Below, piece after piece: positions 48,878 to 58,272 of a stretch of DNA of 64,000 nt. The stretch comes from a virus. The notes under the pieces were generated by a model that saw only the letters and a program-made list of their open reading frames with translations, was not told the DNA's origin and did not search any database. The stretch spans positions 1 through 64,000 of IMG/VR virus record IMGVR_UViG_3300031414_000013; one strand, 5' to 3'. The translations under genes were made by a program, and so were the position numbers. The first letter of the stretch is position 1. Each line of letters begins with the position of its first letter.

Positions 48878-49474
48878 TTACTTGCTGGTTGAAGACCGTG
48901 AGAAGCTCACAGGTTCATTCAGTCCGGTCTCAAAAGCCTTGCGCGAGTGGGAATCACTTACCACTTTGCAGACTTCTTTCAGATCAATCTTCGGATACCC
49001 AGCGAAGCGCAGGAAGGCACCGCCAATAACAAAGTTCAGACGCTTCTGGTAATCACGACAAGATTCAATCTTCCGTGACTGTGAGATCTGGAACTCTTTA
49101 CGGCCACCGTTAATAATGTCTTGCACTTTGGCATACACAGACGAATCGAGAGTCGGGTTCTGCTCTTTGATCCACTGCATGGTTGCCTTAGACCCTTCCG
49201 CACCATAGCGCCCGGTCATTGCCGCAGCCAGTGAGTCCTGGAAGTCCTGAGCATACACGTTAACGATACCGGCCTGTTCCTTGATGTTCGTGGTAACAGA
49301 CGAGAGTACGTTCTCGCTATCGCTATTCAGCGCTTCGATGTTTGCTTCCATTGTTGCACCAGTGTTAGATGCCGAGATGTAGCTAACTACCACACCTACC
49401 ACACCGGCTGCCAGAAGCAACACAATACCAATCAGGATCAGGGTACCCAGATTCAAACTTTTCTTATCAGACAT
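48878..49474 (-). CDS. Membrane-anchored LemA-like helical protein
   Basis: N-terminal TM helix, GRY....MQWIKEQNP. Confidence 0.65.
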   Translation of the reverse strand: MSDKKSLNLGTLILIGIVLLLAAGVVGVVVSYISASNTGATMEANIEALNSDSENVLSSVTTNIKEQAGIVNVYAQDFQDSLAAAMTGRYGAEGSKATMQWIKEQNPTLDSSVYAKVQDIINGGRKEFQISQSRKIESCRDYQKRLNFVIGGAFLRFAGYPKIDLKEVCKVVSDSHSRKAFETGLNEPVSFSRSSTSK

Positions 49475-49484
49475 CTTACTTTCC

Positions 49485-50546
49485 TTAAGCGAAATCATTT
49501 CGTTTCATGTAGAGGCTCACCGCGATACTGGCGGTCAGATTAATTACTACAAAGATTAACACACCCCACCAACTAGGCTGGTAGCTGTCTTCCAAATACG
49601 CAAAGGTTTGTGCGGGCAAGCGCTCGTACTTTCCTTTTATTACCGCGTACTGTTTGGTGACGAGGTCCAGGTTTAAAGTCTGCCCCGATGCAATCGTAGC
49701 CAGCTCAGATAACAAAACCTGATTGCCCTGTCCATCACCATAAGTCATTGCACGGAACCATTTGATTTTACCTGTTGGTTCTACGCCGTACATCAGAACT
49801 GTGTCGTTCTTACGGACACCTTTCCAATATTCATTGATCACCTCAAAGTAGTCATCGTCTTTTGACGTAACTAACATCGTGATGTTCAACTGTTTCGCCT
49901 TACCGTCCACTTTAAGGGCATCGTCCAGATACTCTTTGATAGTAGACAAATCCATCTGCGTTTCGTTGACAATACGGTTAAAGCGATAGTAGTCGTATAC
50001 GCGAGGATACTTAGGCAACTCTACACCCTTGTATTTCTCACGCACAGTAGCTGAGGTATTGAAACGATCCTCATCAACCATCAGATAACTACGCACGCTC
50101 TCTTCCGCAGAAGCAGCTTCGCCAATCTTAACTGCTAGCCAACGAGGAGGTGGTGTGAGTCCACGCCTGTCCACACGTTCAATCGAACTACTGCCTACTG
50201 TACTGTCAACATTCCAATCCACGTCGTATGCGTGGTCCTTACAGTAAACGGGATGGCAAGTACGATTCTTACCCGACCCGCTACAAGACTGCCCGCAAAC
50301 GTGCTCATGCTCACAAGTAACATGCTCAGAGTACTTCTTTGTTACTACACCGTTCAAGATATCAAAGTCCGACATGGCGTGGTACTTACCAATGGACAAA
50401 AAGCCTATACATAGGACAGTAGTGACAACGCAGGCGAGTAACTGATAGCCCCACTCTTTTAGAGTTATTTCGTGTGGCCATAAAACTTTAGTAAAGATCG
50501 CAACGATTATACTTGGCGCTGCGATGAGAAACCAATAAATGCCCAT
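49485..50546 (-). CDS. Membrane protein with Cys/His-rich periplasmic domain, partner of the LemA-like gene
   Basis: 2 N-terminal and 1 C-terminal TM helices; CEH...C..C...C...C..H; PPRW; YPRVYDYY. Confidence 0.7.
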   Translation of the reverse strand: MGIYWFLIAAPSIIVAIFTKVLWPHEITLKEWGYQLLACVVTTVLCIGFLSIGKYHAMSDFDILNGVVTKKYSEHVTCEHEHVCGQSCSGSGKNRTCHPVYCKDHAYDVDWNVDSTVGSSSIERVDRRGLTPPPRWLAVKIGEAASAEESVRSYLMVDEDRFNTSATVREKYKGVELPKYPRVYDYYRFNRIVNETQMDLSTIKEYLDDALKVDGKAKQLNITMLVTSKDDDYFEVINEYWKGVRKNDTVLMYGVEPTGKIKWFRAMTYGDGQGNQVLLSELATIASGQTLNLDLVTKQYAVIKGKYERLPAQTFAYLEDSYQPSWWGVLIFVVINLTASIAVSLYMKRNDFA

Positions 50547-50587
50547 AGCGCTTTTCCGAAGAAGGGGCGACTAGCGCCCCTGTAGTG

Positions 50588-51064
50588 TTATCCAGCCAAA
50601 TAGACAACTACGTTATCGCTAGCGACACCAGAGATCGCACGAAACGTTTTGTCGTAGGAGAACAACCCAAAGTAACGAGAGGCTTCATCAATGATGATTG
50701 TATCGAACTGATTGCAATCACCTATTATCGGCGATTTACCGCGCCGTTCCTGTTCGCTGTAAAACGCACCACTCCAGATAAAGGGTTTGGGTACACCACT
50801 GAGTTCCTGCTCCCAGCGTTGTTCGAAAGACTCCCGCAAGGTCCGATCGGGGAAAACGATGAGCGTTTTACCATGGTCCTTCAGAGCCAGATTACGCACG
50901 GTATGTGTCATGCCTGTCTGTCTTGTACCCCGAAAGCCAATCGTTCTGAACTCAGCGATCGCCCTGTAGCGCGGACTGTTGATACACATGGCTCTATCTG
51001 AGTCCAATGCGACTACACCCTTTAACAGTTCTTCCACCACTGCGTTATAGTTTACGCGGGTCAT
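50588..51064 (-). CDS. Small P-loop NTPase-like protein
   Basis: GTRQTGMT (Walker A-like, no Lys) and IIIDEA (Walker B). Confidence 0.6.
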   Translation of the reverse strand: MTRVNYNAVVEELLKGVVALDSDRAMCINSPRYRAIAEFRTIGFRGTRQTGMTHTVRNLALKDHGKTLIVFPDRTLRESFEQRWEQELSGVPKPFIWSGAFYSEQERRGKSPIIGDCNQFDTIIIDEASRYFGLFSYDKTFRAISGVASDNVVVYLAG

Positions 51065-51091
51065 AGAAACTTCCTCTCTTTTATTAGTTGA

Positions 51092-51595
51092 TTAATCGAT
51101 GCGCACTTCTGTGCCGCTGGCGTAATACTTAGTGCGAGTAAGCACGTAACCAGTTTCATCGATGTTGATTTGAATGTCGTTGATAAAACGACTCATTGAC
51201 GGTACGTACTCACCGGTATCCAGAACCAGACGTTCGGTGTTTAATACACGACCGATTGCATGGGACGCGATACTGATGGCACTTACCACTTTCAGCGGGA
51301 TGTTTTCGATTAACAGATCATCATTGACCTGGTCATCTTCTAACTCTAGCTTATCTACTTCGACGGTATCACGAAGCTCTTTGACCGCTTGCAATAGCGT
51401 CTCGTATTTTTCCAACGCCGCAGGAAGCAGATCTTCCCGGGTCACCTTTACAACCAGCAGCAGTTTAGTCACACGCCGGTCGACTACGATACCACTTAAA
51501 CCTAATGAGGTATAAGGATACATCGCTTCTACGTTAATGTGTTGTTGGTCTTGCAACTGTGCTGGGGTGAATGGTAACTTGCGTTCTTTCATCAT
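51092..51595 (-). CDS. Hypothetical protein
   Basis: 167 aa, overlap-coupled. Confidence 0.7.
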   Translation of the reverse strand: MMKERKLPFTPAQLQDQQHINVEAMYPYTSLGLSGIVVDRRVTKLLLVVKVTREDLLPAALEKYETLLQAVKELRDTVEVDKLELEDDQVNDDLLIENIPLKVVSAISIASHAIGRVLNTERLVLDTGEYVPSMSRFINDIQINIDETGYVLTRTKYYASGTEVRID

Positions 51596-52278
51596 GCGTC
51601 CTTCAACATAGTTGCGTTATCGGCCAGGTACACCTGGAGCATGGACTTCTCATCCGCACCACGGAATTCACCGAAGTACGTATCTGACGCAAAGACCAGT
51701 TTGGAGACATGACCTGCACGCTTCAGGTTCTGATTTCCATTGAAGGCATCTACGTCAACCAGACGACGCGGCGTACCGTGTTGGTCTGGGATATAAAGGT
51801 TAACGTAAGAACCGTTAGAGATTGTAACATCGCCGTAGCCAGTCGGAATAAACTTCTCTTCTGACAGATGATAGTCGTCACGCATCAGTGTGAGTTTGTC
51901 GTTCCCAGTTACGCTAAAGAGCAGAGCACTGAGTTGACGCATCAGGTCCAAACGATCAACCACGAACTGCTGATCGATGTGCGGACCCAGTACGAACGTT
52001 ACTTCTTCGTACGGCGTGTTGGTGTCATCCCCTTCACTCTCCACGCCACTGCCAGTCACTACGAAACGACTGGTGGTCTGTGGTGGCCAATTAGCTTCAA
52101 CGTCAGAGAACTTAAAATCGGCGGCCAGCTCGCCGTGGTAGGTTGTCAATCCATCCTTAGCCCAGCTAACCCCGGTGGAGAACATTAACAGCCCAAAAGC
52201 TTCACGCAGTCCAATGTGGATGGAGGTTTCGTTATCCAGTTGCAGTGCGATACGGTCTACTACAGAAGATACTTTCAT
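51592..52278 (-). CDS. Hypothetical protein
   Basis: 228 aa, AAGGA RBS. Confidence 0.75.
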   Translation of the reverse strand: MKVSSVVDRIALQLDNETSIHIGLREAFGLLMFSTGVSWAKDGLTTYHGELAADFKFSDVEANWPPQTTSRFVVTGSGVESEGDDTNTPYEEVTFVLGPHIDQQFVVDRLDLMRQLSALLFSVTGNDKLTLMRDDYHLSEEKFIPTGYGDVTISNGSYVNLYIPDQHGTPRRLVDVDAFNGNQNLKRAGHVSKLVFASDTYFGEFRGADEKSMLQVYLADNATMLKDA

Positions 52279-52316
52279 TTTGTTTCCTTTACTAAGTGTG
52301 AGGGTAAAAGCGAGGA

Positions 52317-53339
52317 TTACTCGCCTACATTTGCATAGACGGGAACTACACGAACAACGCCATAGAGACCAGCTACCTTGGCGGCTTCAGTCAGACGCTC
52401 AACATCTGGGTCGCGATCTTCACGGCGGCCAAAGCGGTTGTAAGCGTCAAAAGCTTCGTTGGTGAATTCAACTTCACGCCCATCACAGACAAACTTACCG
52501 GTTACGATAAAACGATCGTCGTCTTCTTCGCAGTCTTCGATGATCAGCTTAATGGTGTCGTTAGAGTAACTCACACTCAATGCAACATCACGACTGATAC
52601 CCTGTTTGACTGCTGCCGCTTTAGCCGACTCTTCAGTGATAAAGCCTTCTTCGTTCAACAGAGTGACCAGAGACTTATCGCATAAGCCCATGCAGGTCTG
52701 CTCGCCAGAGAACTCAGCGCGGGTAGGAACACGACCCCACTCGAGATTATCCGGCAACGTGACCTTCATGTCATCGATGCGCGCATTATTGCGAATCATC
52801 TTATCGGCGAAGTTGGTAATGATACCACCATTCTTCAGGTTGTCGTATGAACCGCTATGGTGCGTCCAGATTTCCATACCGAAGTGACCGTAGTCGGCAG
52901 TATCCTCGGTATCACGCAGTCCAGCACAACCGAGAATACGAATGCCAGGTGCTGTCAGCATTGCATCCCACCGGTCAGCAGATAACTTAGTACGGTCCCA
53001 CGTTTCTGTTGACACAGCCACCACGTCTGGTTCAGCGTGCGGGTTGATTTCGTGGTAGGTAACATCAGCCTGTTGGTTCAGAGCAAATGCAGTGGTGTTC
53101 TGATACGAAGGACAATCAGCACCCGACAGTACCAACGGGCTACCCTTGCGACGGATAACAGCCATCTTTTCGCTGGAGATCTGGTAGTCAACGTTATTCA
53201 GGATACAGTGGTCATCCAGTTCGGTCAGTGTCACCACGTCGTCGTCCTCATCGCCATGTGCGATAACAACTGGTGTAGTACCAGACACGCCATTCTGCTT
53301 CAGCTTATAAAGCAGGGTTTGTAATTGATCGATGTTCAT
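52317..53339 (-). CDS. Multi-domain acidic hypothetical protein
   Basis: 340 aa. Confidence 0.75.
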   Translation of the reverse strand: MNIDQLQTLLYKLKQNGVSGTTPVVIAHGDEDDDVVTLTELDDHCILNNVDYQISSEKMAVIRRKGSPLVLSGADCPSYQNTTAFALNQQADVTYHEINPHAEPDVVAVSTETWDRTKLSADRWDAMLTAPGIRILGCAGLRDTEDTADYGHFGMEIWTHHSGSYDNLKNGGIITNFADKMIRNNARIDDMKVTLPDNLEWGRVPTRAEFSGEQTCMGLCDKSLVTLLNEEGFITEESAKAAAVKQGISRDVALSVSYSNDTIKLIIEDCEEDDDRFIVTGKFVCDGREVEFTNEAFDAYNRFGRREDRDPDVERLTEAAKVAGLYGVVRVVPVYANVGE

Positions 53340-53348
53340 TGTGTGGCC

Positions 53349-53765
53349 TTATTGAAGTAGAGTGCGGTTAAAGATCTTGTAGAGTTGGTTCAACTCCACT
53401 ACCAATGCATTAGTAATGCGCTTGTCCTGCTCAATGCGGTGAGAGGCAACCTCAATGCAGCGTAACGCATCGAGTAGCGTTTGTGACTCACCAACGATGA
53501 TACCCCGTGCCTCTTTAGGGATAGGGACCATAGACTCACTTGAGTCACGTTTGATTGTATCGGTCTTATACAACCATAACGCAAAGGCATCAAACTGACA
53601 GCTCAGACCATTATAGTCTTCGGTTGTCGCCAGTGCCTCCAACACACCTGCCATCATTCGACGCGCCTCAAGATCAATGGCACAACTGCTAGCCCGATCC
53701 AACATCGGTGGATACGTCATGTAGAACTCAAACACTTCCGGGCATTTCTGTTTTAAGGTTGTCAT
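53349..53765 (-). CDS. Hypothetical protein
   Basis: 138 aa. Confidence 0.7.
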   Translation of the reverse strand: MTTLKQKCPEVFEFYMTYPPMLDRASSCAIDLEARRMMAGVLEALATTEDYNGLSCQFDAFALWLYKTDTIKRDSSESMVPIPKEARGIIVGESQTLLDALRCIEVASHRIEQDKRITNALVVELNQLYKIFNRTLLQ

Positions 53766-53778
53766 TTAACCCTGCCAG

Positions 53779-54477
53779 TTATTCAGGTTTAGTGGACTCG
53801 ACAATGGCATCGTCCATCAGTTTCTTAACGTCATCGCGATCGATGTGGTTAGTATCGGAATACGTCAGATTCATCAGGGACCGCAGCATGTGATGCAAAG
53901 CACGCGAGTTACGTTTGATAGATCCGGTCTTCTCACCGGCGTAGGACTGCTCGTAGCTGAGGTTAGCTGTAGCCTCGTCTAAGCGCTCACAGAACTCAGC
54001 GATAGCAACCAACGTGCGCTCAGGGATCTCTACCGTAGGGCCGTCTGGATGGCGTGTAATTGAACGAACCTCGTAGTAGGTGTTGTTCTCCATCGGTTCA
54101 GCCAGATGCTTCATGTACGTATCCAGCGTACAAGGTTTCCAGTAGGTCCACTGGCCATTGTGAGTACGACTACGAATCTGATAGATCTGCCCCACCATGC
54201 GGGTGTTAGCACCAGACATCGGTAAGTTGAGATCAATCAGGTGCAGGTGCGTTTCTTTCTCATTCAACTGTCGAACGATTTCACGCATGTACTGCTCATC
54301 GAAGTTGGTGATGTCAAGATCACGGTCCTGACAATCCACAGACACCAGTTTATTGTTCGGGTCGAAGCCCAACTGCTTCAGGCCGTGCCATAACACTTTG
54401 CCCATAAACGTTTTACCGGAACTCACGTAGTTGCCGCGAATATCTACGGTAATCATTCTTTTAATTCCACGGTTCAT
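53779..54477 (-). CDS. Mosaic hypothetical protein with N-terminal GxxxSGKT-like loop
   Basis: GNYVSSGKT; W..C..Y...YEVR. Confidence 0.65.
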   Translation of the reverse strand: MNRGIKRMITVDIRGNYVSSGKTFMGKVLWHGLKQLGFDPNNKLVSVDCQDRDLDITNFDEQYMREIVRQLNEKETHLHLIDLNLPMSGANTRMVGQIYQIRSRTHNGQWTYWKPCTLDTYMKHLAEPMENNTYYEVRSITRHPDGPTVEIPERTLVAIAEFCERLDEATANLSYEQSYAGEKTGSIKRNSRALHHMLRSLMNLTYSDTNHIDRDDVKKLMDDAIVESTKPE

Positions 54478-54511
54478 TCTGCTGCCTTATATTTAATTGA
54501 GGTTGACGCAA

Positions 54512-54748
54512 CTAAGGGGTTAGTGCGTTTCGTTGTATTGCAGCCACATCGGCCACAACATCATTGGACACTGCCAGCTTGTCACAAATCCCACGGACGA
54601 AGGGTTCTTTACAACGCTTCTTAACCAAGGCTGCGCACTTGCGCAGCTTGGAGTTGGATTTACGGTGATTCGCTTGACAGATTCGAAGTGTAAGAACCAA
54701 GTCAATCAGTTCGTTAATTTGCCGAATAGACTGTTTGATATCTGACAT
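54512..54748 (-). CDS. Small helical protein (family shared with 8673 and 39346)
   Basis: LRKCA...VRGICDKLAVSND. Confidence 0.65.
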   Translation of the reverse strand: MSDIKQSIRQINELIDLVLTLRICQANHRKSNSKLRKCAALVKKRCKEPFVRGICDKLAVSNDVVADVAAIQRNALTP

Positions 54749-54775
54749 TCTATTGCCTGCCTTTGTTAAATAAAA

Positions 54776-55300
54776 CTACTCTGCTTCTGCGATGGGACTA
54801 CGCACGAAGATAACGGACGGGGTGTCACGCAGCGTGGTGTAGATAATAGACGCCGGTCCCATAACACGATTCGGTTTTGTACGGATGTGGGAATCGCCCA
54901 ACAGAACAGCGCAACGCCCTCTTTCCGCATAACCACAAATGACCGACAGCATCTGCTTTTCACGAACAGCGAAACTGTAGGAACAGTCGAGATACATGCC
55001 GTCTTTGTCTTTACGATCCAGCTGATGAATCTTGTCGTCCCAAACATCAATACCGATACAGGGGATGCCAAACTTCAATGCGAGTTCGTAACTGCCCGGA
55101 CCGATAGCATAGTTGCGCTCTTTAATAGCACGGCGCAACTTATCGGGAGTATCGAGGATATTGTTACCGGCTTCTTCCGACAGAATGTAATCGAATGGAG
55201 CAGCACGATTATCCATACGAATCAGGCGTTCGACGCGTTCACGCTCTTCTCTGGTGTGGAGTTCACCATAGATGATAACCTGCTTCATTCGACGCTCCAT
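54776..55300 (-). CDS. EreA/ChaN-like fold protein
   Basis: IYGELH...LSEE...GID...RE..M...VLLGDSH. Confidence 0.6.
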   Translation of the reverse strand: MERRMKQVIIYGELHTREERERVERLIRMDNRAAPFDYILSEEAGNNILDTPDKLRRAIKERNYAIGPGSYELALKFGIPCIGIDVWDDKIHQLDRKDKDGMYLDCSYSFAVREKQMLSVICGYAERGRCAVLLGDSHIRTKPNRVMGPASIIYTTLRDTPSVIFVRSPIAEAE

Positions 55301-55968
55301 GATCCCCGGGTGTTATCAAACTCATGCTGAAGGCCATACTGATCTTCAGCCGCCGCTTTACCAGTTTGATAGCCAATGCGAATCTCTTCACACAGCTCTA
55401 ACCAATAATCTTCATCTGGACAATTTTCCCACCGATGGTACAGTGGGTTTTCTGTGTCGACCAGATCAGACATAAGCAGCGGGAACATGAGTGGTTTGCG
55501 AAGTCCAGCTTCATAGTGCTCTACTGCGCGCTTGAAGTCGTCCACTTTGTCATCCGGCAAACTCAGTGTATGGTACGACGACTCCGGTAGGGAACCACCA
55601 TCCGTTATATAGTGCTGGAGAATTAACGAAGAGACGAATGGGAACATACAACCGAAGCCGAAGATCAGTTGTCCTTTATACAGCACCAGCGTAATGTCTG
55701 GCATGTAGAACATCCCGGTGAACGTCAGAAGATGTTGGTCGTACGACACCGGATCTTTCGGACCATCGCTGTAGCAGCTATTGCAACCACCTGCGGTTTC
55801 GATTTTACCATTGACATCGAAGTTGATATAACCCAAACCCAGCTCATCACGAATCTGTGTCCATCCCTTTTTAAAGGTAGCTTTGTCTACCCGCATGCCT
55901 TCTGGCCAACTTACATTTGCAACATCAGTCATACTACGCTCCGTTGAAAATACCACGAGTGTGGTCAC
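55285..55968 (-). CDS. Hypothetical protein
   Basis: 227 aa. Confidence 0.7.
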   Translation of the reverse strand: MTTLVVFSTERSMTDVANVSWPEGMRVDKATFKKGWTQIRDELGLGYINFDVNGKIETAGGCNSCYSDGPKDPVSYDQHLLTFTGMFYMPDITLVLYKGQLIFGFGCMFPFVSSLILQHYITDGGSLPESSYHTLSLPDDKVDDFKRAVEHYEAGLRKPLMFPLLMSDLVDTENPLYHRWENCPDEDYWLELCEEIRIGYQTGKAAAEDQYGLQHEFDNTRGSWSVE

Positions 55969-56365
55969 GTTCGTCGTTAACGCTAATCACGCCATTGGCA
56001 CAAAGCACGCCCTGAATGTAACCCAACCAACGATGCTTCTTGGTAAGTGACATTGTTTCGTCAGTATCCAATTTGATAAGCATATCGATCAGGTGTGCAG
56101 GACGTTGGTATTCGTCCTTGGGTTTGATCAACTCACCCTCAGTTACGATAGCACTGTAATAGCGCTCGATTAACTCAGGGTAGAACAACCGACCTTCAAA
56201 CGTACGCCAGATCCAGTCGAGACCATAGGCACTTTGACGCTCATGTGGTCCCCAGACGTCTACCATGGTAAACATATCGAAGCCATTGGCGTGATCAGGA
56301 ATAAACGGCTGGTCTTCGGTTAGTGTGCGTTCGTGTTTCCACTTCTTAAAGGTAACACTCATCAA
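55934..56365 (-). CDS. Conserved phage protein
   Basis: KHRWLGYIQGVL...ER..TR motif. Confidence 0.7.
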   Translation of the reverse strand: MMSVTFKKWKHERTLTEDQPFIPDHANGFDMFTMVDVWGPHERQSAYGLDWIWRTFEGRLFYPELIERYYSAIVTEGELIKPKDEYQRPAHLIDMLIKLDTDETMSLTKKHRWLGYIQGVLCANGVISVNDERDHTRGIFNGA

Positions 56366-57492
56366 TCAACCTCCATCCGGTAGAAGAGTTCGCAGCTATA
56401 GCGATCTTTGAACTCTTTGAAGAATTGTGCTGGCCAATCAAACTTCTGGGCCTTGCTACGGCGGTTCAGTAGGAACAGGTCACTCTTACTGAGGATCTGG
56501 AATAACTCACGACCTTCCATGCCCGCGTACTTCTCGACCATCGCATCAATAGTCGCTAACCAGAGACGGTAGTCGGTAGCAACTTTAGTCGCAGCAAGTT
56601 CGGCTTGATCCAGCACCGGACTACCCGCAAAGCGTTGTGCTAAATACGCCAACGCATCATCGATGTTCTCACCCAGTACCAGCTTAGCAATCGAACGCTC
56701 ACTTAAGTTACCCACTAAGTGATGACGCTTGATGTACCAGTCAGTTTTGAGTTTGAACATCTTACCGTGGACATGCAGCACCCAACCCTCAAAGTTCTCA
56801 CGAGTGCGTTGTGCTTCCATCAACTCGTCAAAGTCTTTGAATACGTCGAAGTCCTTCAGGCGAATGTAACCAGTTTCTACTTGCAGGTTGAAGTCTGAGT
56901 TCTCTTCCCACTCGTAGATATCTTTGTATTCACCGGTGACGTTATCTCGAATAGCCAGCAGGACCAGATGGTCTTCATCGTACTCTAGCAGATGCTGATG
57001 GTCAGGACCCAGTTTCTTATAGACACGTTCAAAGATGACAGTGACTTCACCTAAGTCCTCACGAATTGCGCGGACGACAGGAATAGCACGGTTGTAGAAT
57101 GGATCTTTCACCAGCGCACGTTTAGTTGCAACCAGCAGACTACCTTGGTAGATAGTAGCCGCCACCATACTGCCGTCGCTTTTGTGTTCGATGCAATACC
57201 CTTGCTTTCGCTTAGGATACATGGCACGCACCACGGGCAGTTGAGATTCTGCCTTCTCACCCACGTTAAAGAACTTGTGGAATGGACGCAGGATAATCTC
57301 ATTGGTGTCGGTGTTGATCAACACACCGCGCAGTTCACGACGCAGAGGGCTGTCAAAGGAGTCACGCTCTGAGATGTTGTAGCAGAGGCTGGCCAGGTTA
57401 GTGCCAGGGTGACGACAGACCGCAAACTCAGGTCGGCCAACCATAGCCCCCAAGAGAGGCTCGGCGTTAGGTAGGAAAGGATACAGATACAT
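56362..57492 (-). CDS. RNA ligase, T4 Rnl1-like
   Basis: RELRG, RPFHKFFNVGE, KSDGS, EGWV, FKLKTDWY. Confidence 0.9.
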   Translation of the reverse strand: MYLYPFLPNAEPLLGAMVGRPEFAVCRHPGTNLASLCYNISERDSFDSPLRRELRGVLINTDTNEIILRPFHKFFNVGEKAESQLPVVRAMYPKRKQGYCIEHKSDGSMVAATIYQGSLLVATKRALVKDPFYNRAIPVVRAIREDLGEVTVIFERVYKKLGPDHQHLLEYDEDHLVLLAIRDNVTGEYKDIYEWEENSDFNLQVETGYIRLKDFDVFKDFDELMEAQRTRENFEGWVLHVHGKMFKLKTDWYIKRHHLVGNLSERSIAKLVLGENIDDALAYLAQRFAGSPVLDQAELAATKVATDYRLWLATIDAMVEKYAGMEGRELFQILSKSDLFLLNRRSKAQKFDWPAQFFKEFKDRYSCELFYRMEVD

Positions 57493-57992
57493 TACGCTTC
57501 CTTAGGGGTAGTGAGCATAGGGGCATTATCGTCAACACGGTAATGGTACGTCAGTGTAGCCAGATCGTCATCGCTACGCGGTGGGTAGACACCATCAATG
57601 ACCCAGTGTCCATCGACCTTATCGAGCACATGGCGACGCACACCGTTTGCAGGGTCGTGCGATGAGTAGGCAGAGTTGAATGCATTTGCCAGCGTCACGG
57701 CGACATGCTCAGGCACCAGGTTGATGTATGTAGCGAGGTTCAAGAAGGCGTTATTGAATTCGAGGGACTTGGTCCACTCCGCTACTTTATTGTCCGCATC
57801 GATCCAGCGACCACAGTGGTCAAACTCTTCACGAGCACCACTTAAAATGCCAGCGTCAGAACACATAGCGGCTTCAAAGCCCAGTCCGGGAATGTAGATT
57901 GGATGTTCGCCTTCGTCTGACATCAAGAGTGTCATGGTAGGTAAAGTCTCAATCGGTACTGCTAACCAAAATACGAGATTAGATTTATTCAT
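57492..57992 (-). CDS. Early hypothetical protein
   Basis: First gene after an early promoter motif. Confidence 0.7.
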   Translation of the reverse strand: MNKSNLVFWLAVPIETLPTMTLLMSDEGEHPIYIPGLGFEAAMCSDAGILSGAREEFDHCGRWIDADNKVAEWTKSLEFNNAFLNLATYINLVPEHVAVTLANAFNSAYSSHDPANGVRRHVLDKVDGHWVIDGVYPPRSDDDLATLTYHYRVDDNAPMLTTPKEA

Positions 57993-58034
57993 TTATGTTT
58001 CCTTAATTATAGTTGATCATTTGTCTTACACAGG

Positions 58035-58052
58035 GGTAATGTATATCTAAAA
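58035..58052 (-). promoter_or_regulatory. Early promoter motif
   Basis: TTTTAGATATACATTACC. Confidence 0.7.
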
Positions 58053-58116
58053 GCCAGATGAGTCCAAAAAAGAAAGACGGAATAAAGGGGAGCAAAAAGC
58101 TCCCCGTCTTATGTTG

Positions 58117-58272
58117 TTACATGATTGCCACTGCTATTGCCAGCACAATCAATACCCATCCTGAGACAGCAAACTCAGCCATCAGATAGTGGAAGTGACC
58201 TGCAATGCCAAAGCAGATAATAGCAGCCACACTGAGTGCAATCGTAACCGTATTGCGAAAGCGCCTCAGCAT
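58117..58272 (-). CDS. Small two-TM protein, 51 aa (not in ORF track)
   Basis: MLRRFRNTVTIALSVAAIICFG...LAIAVAIM; TAATG coupling to thyA; ends just before a terminator. Confidence 0.6.
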   Translation of the reverse strand: MLRRFRNTVTIALSVAAIICFGIAGHFHYLMAEFAVSGWVLIVLAIAVAIM

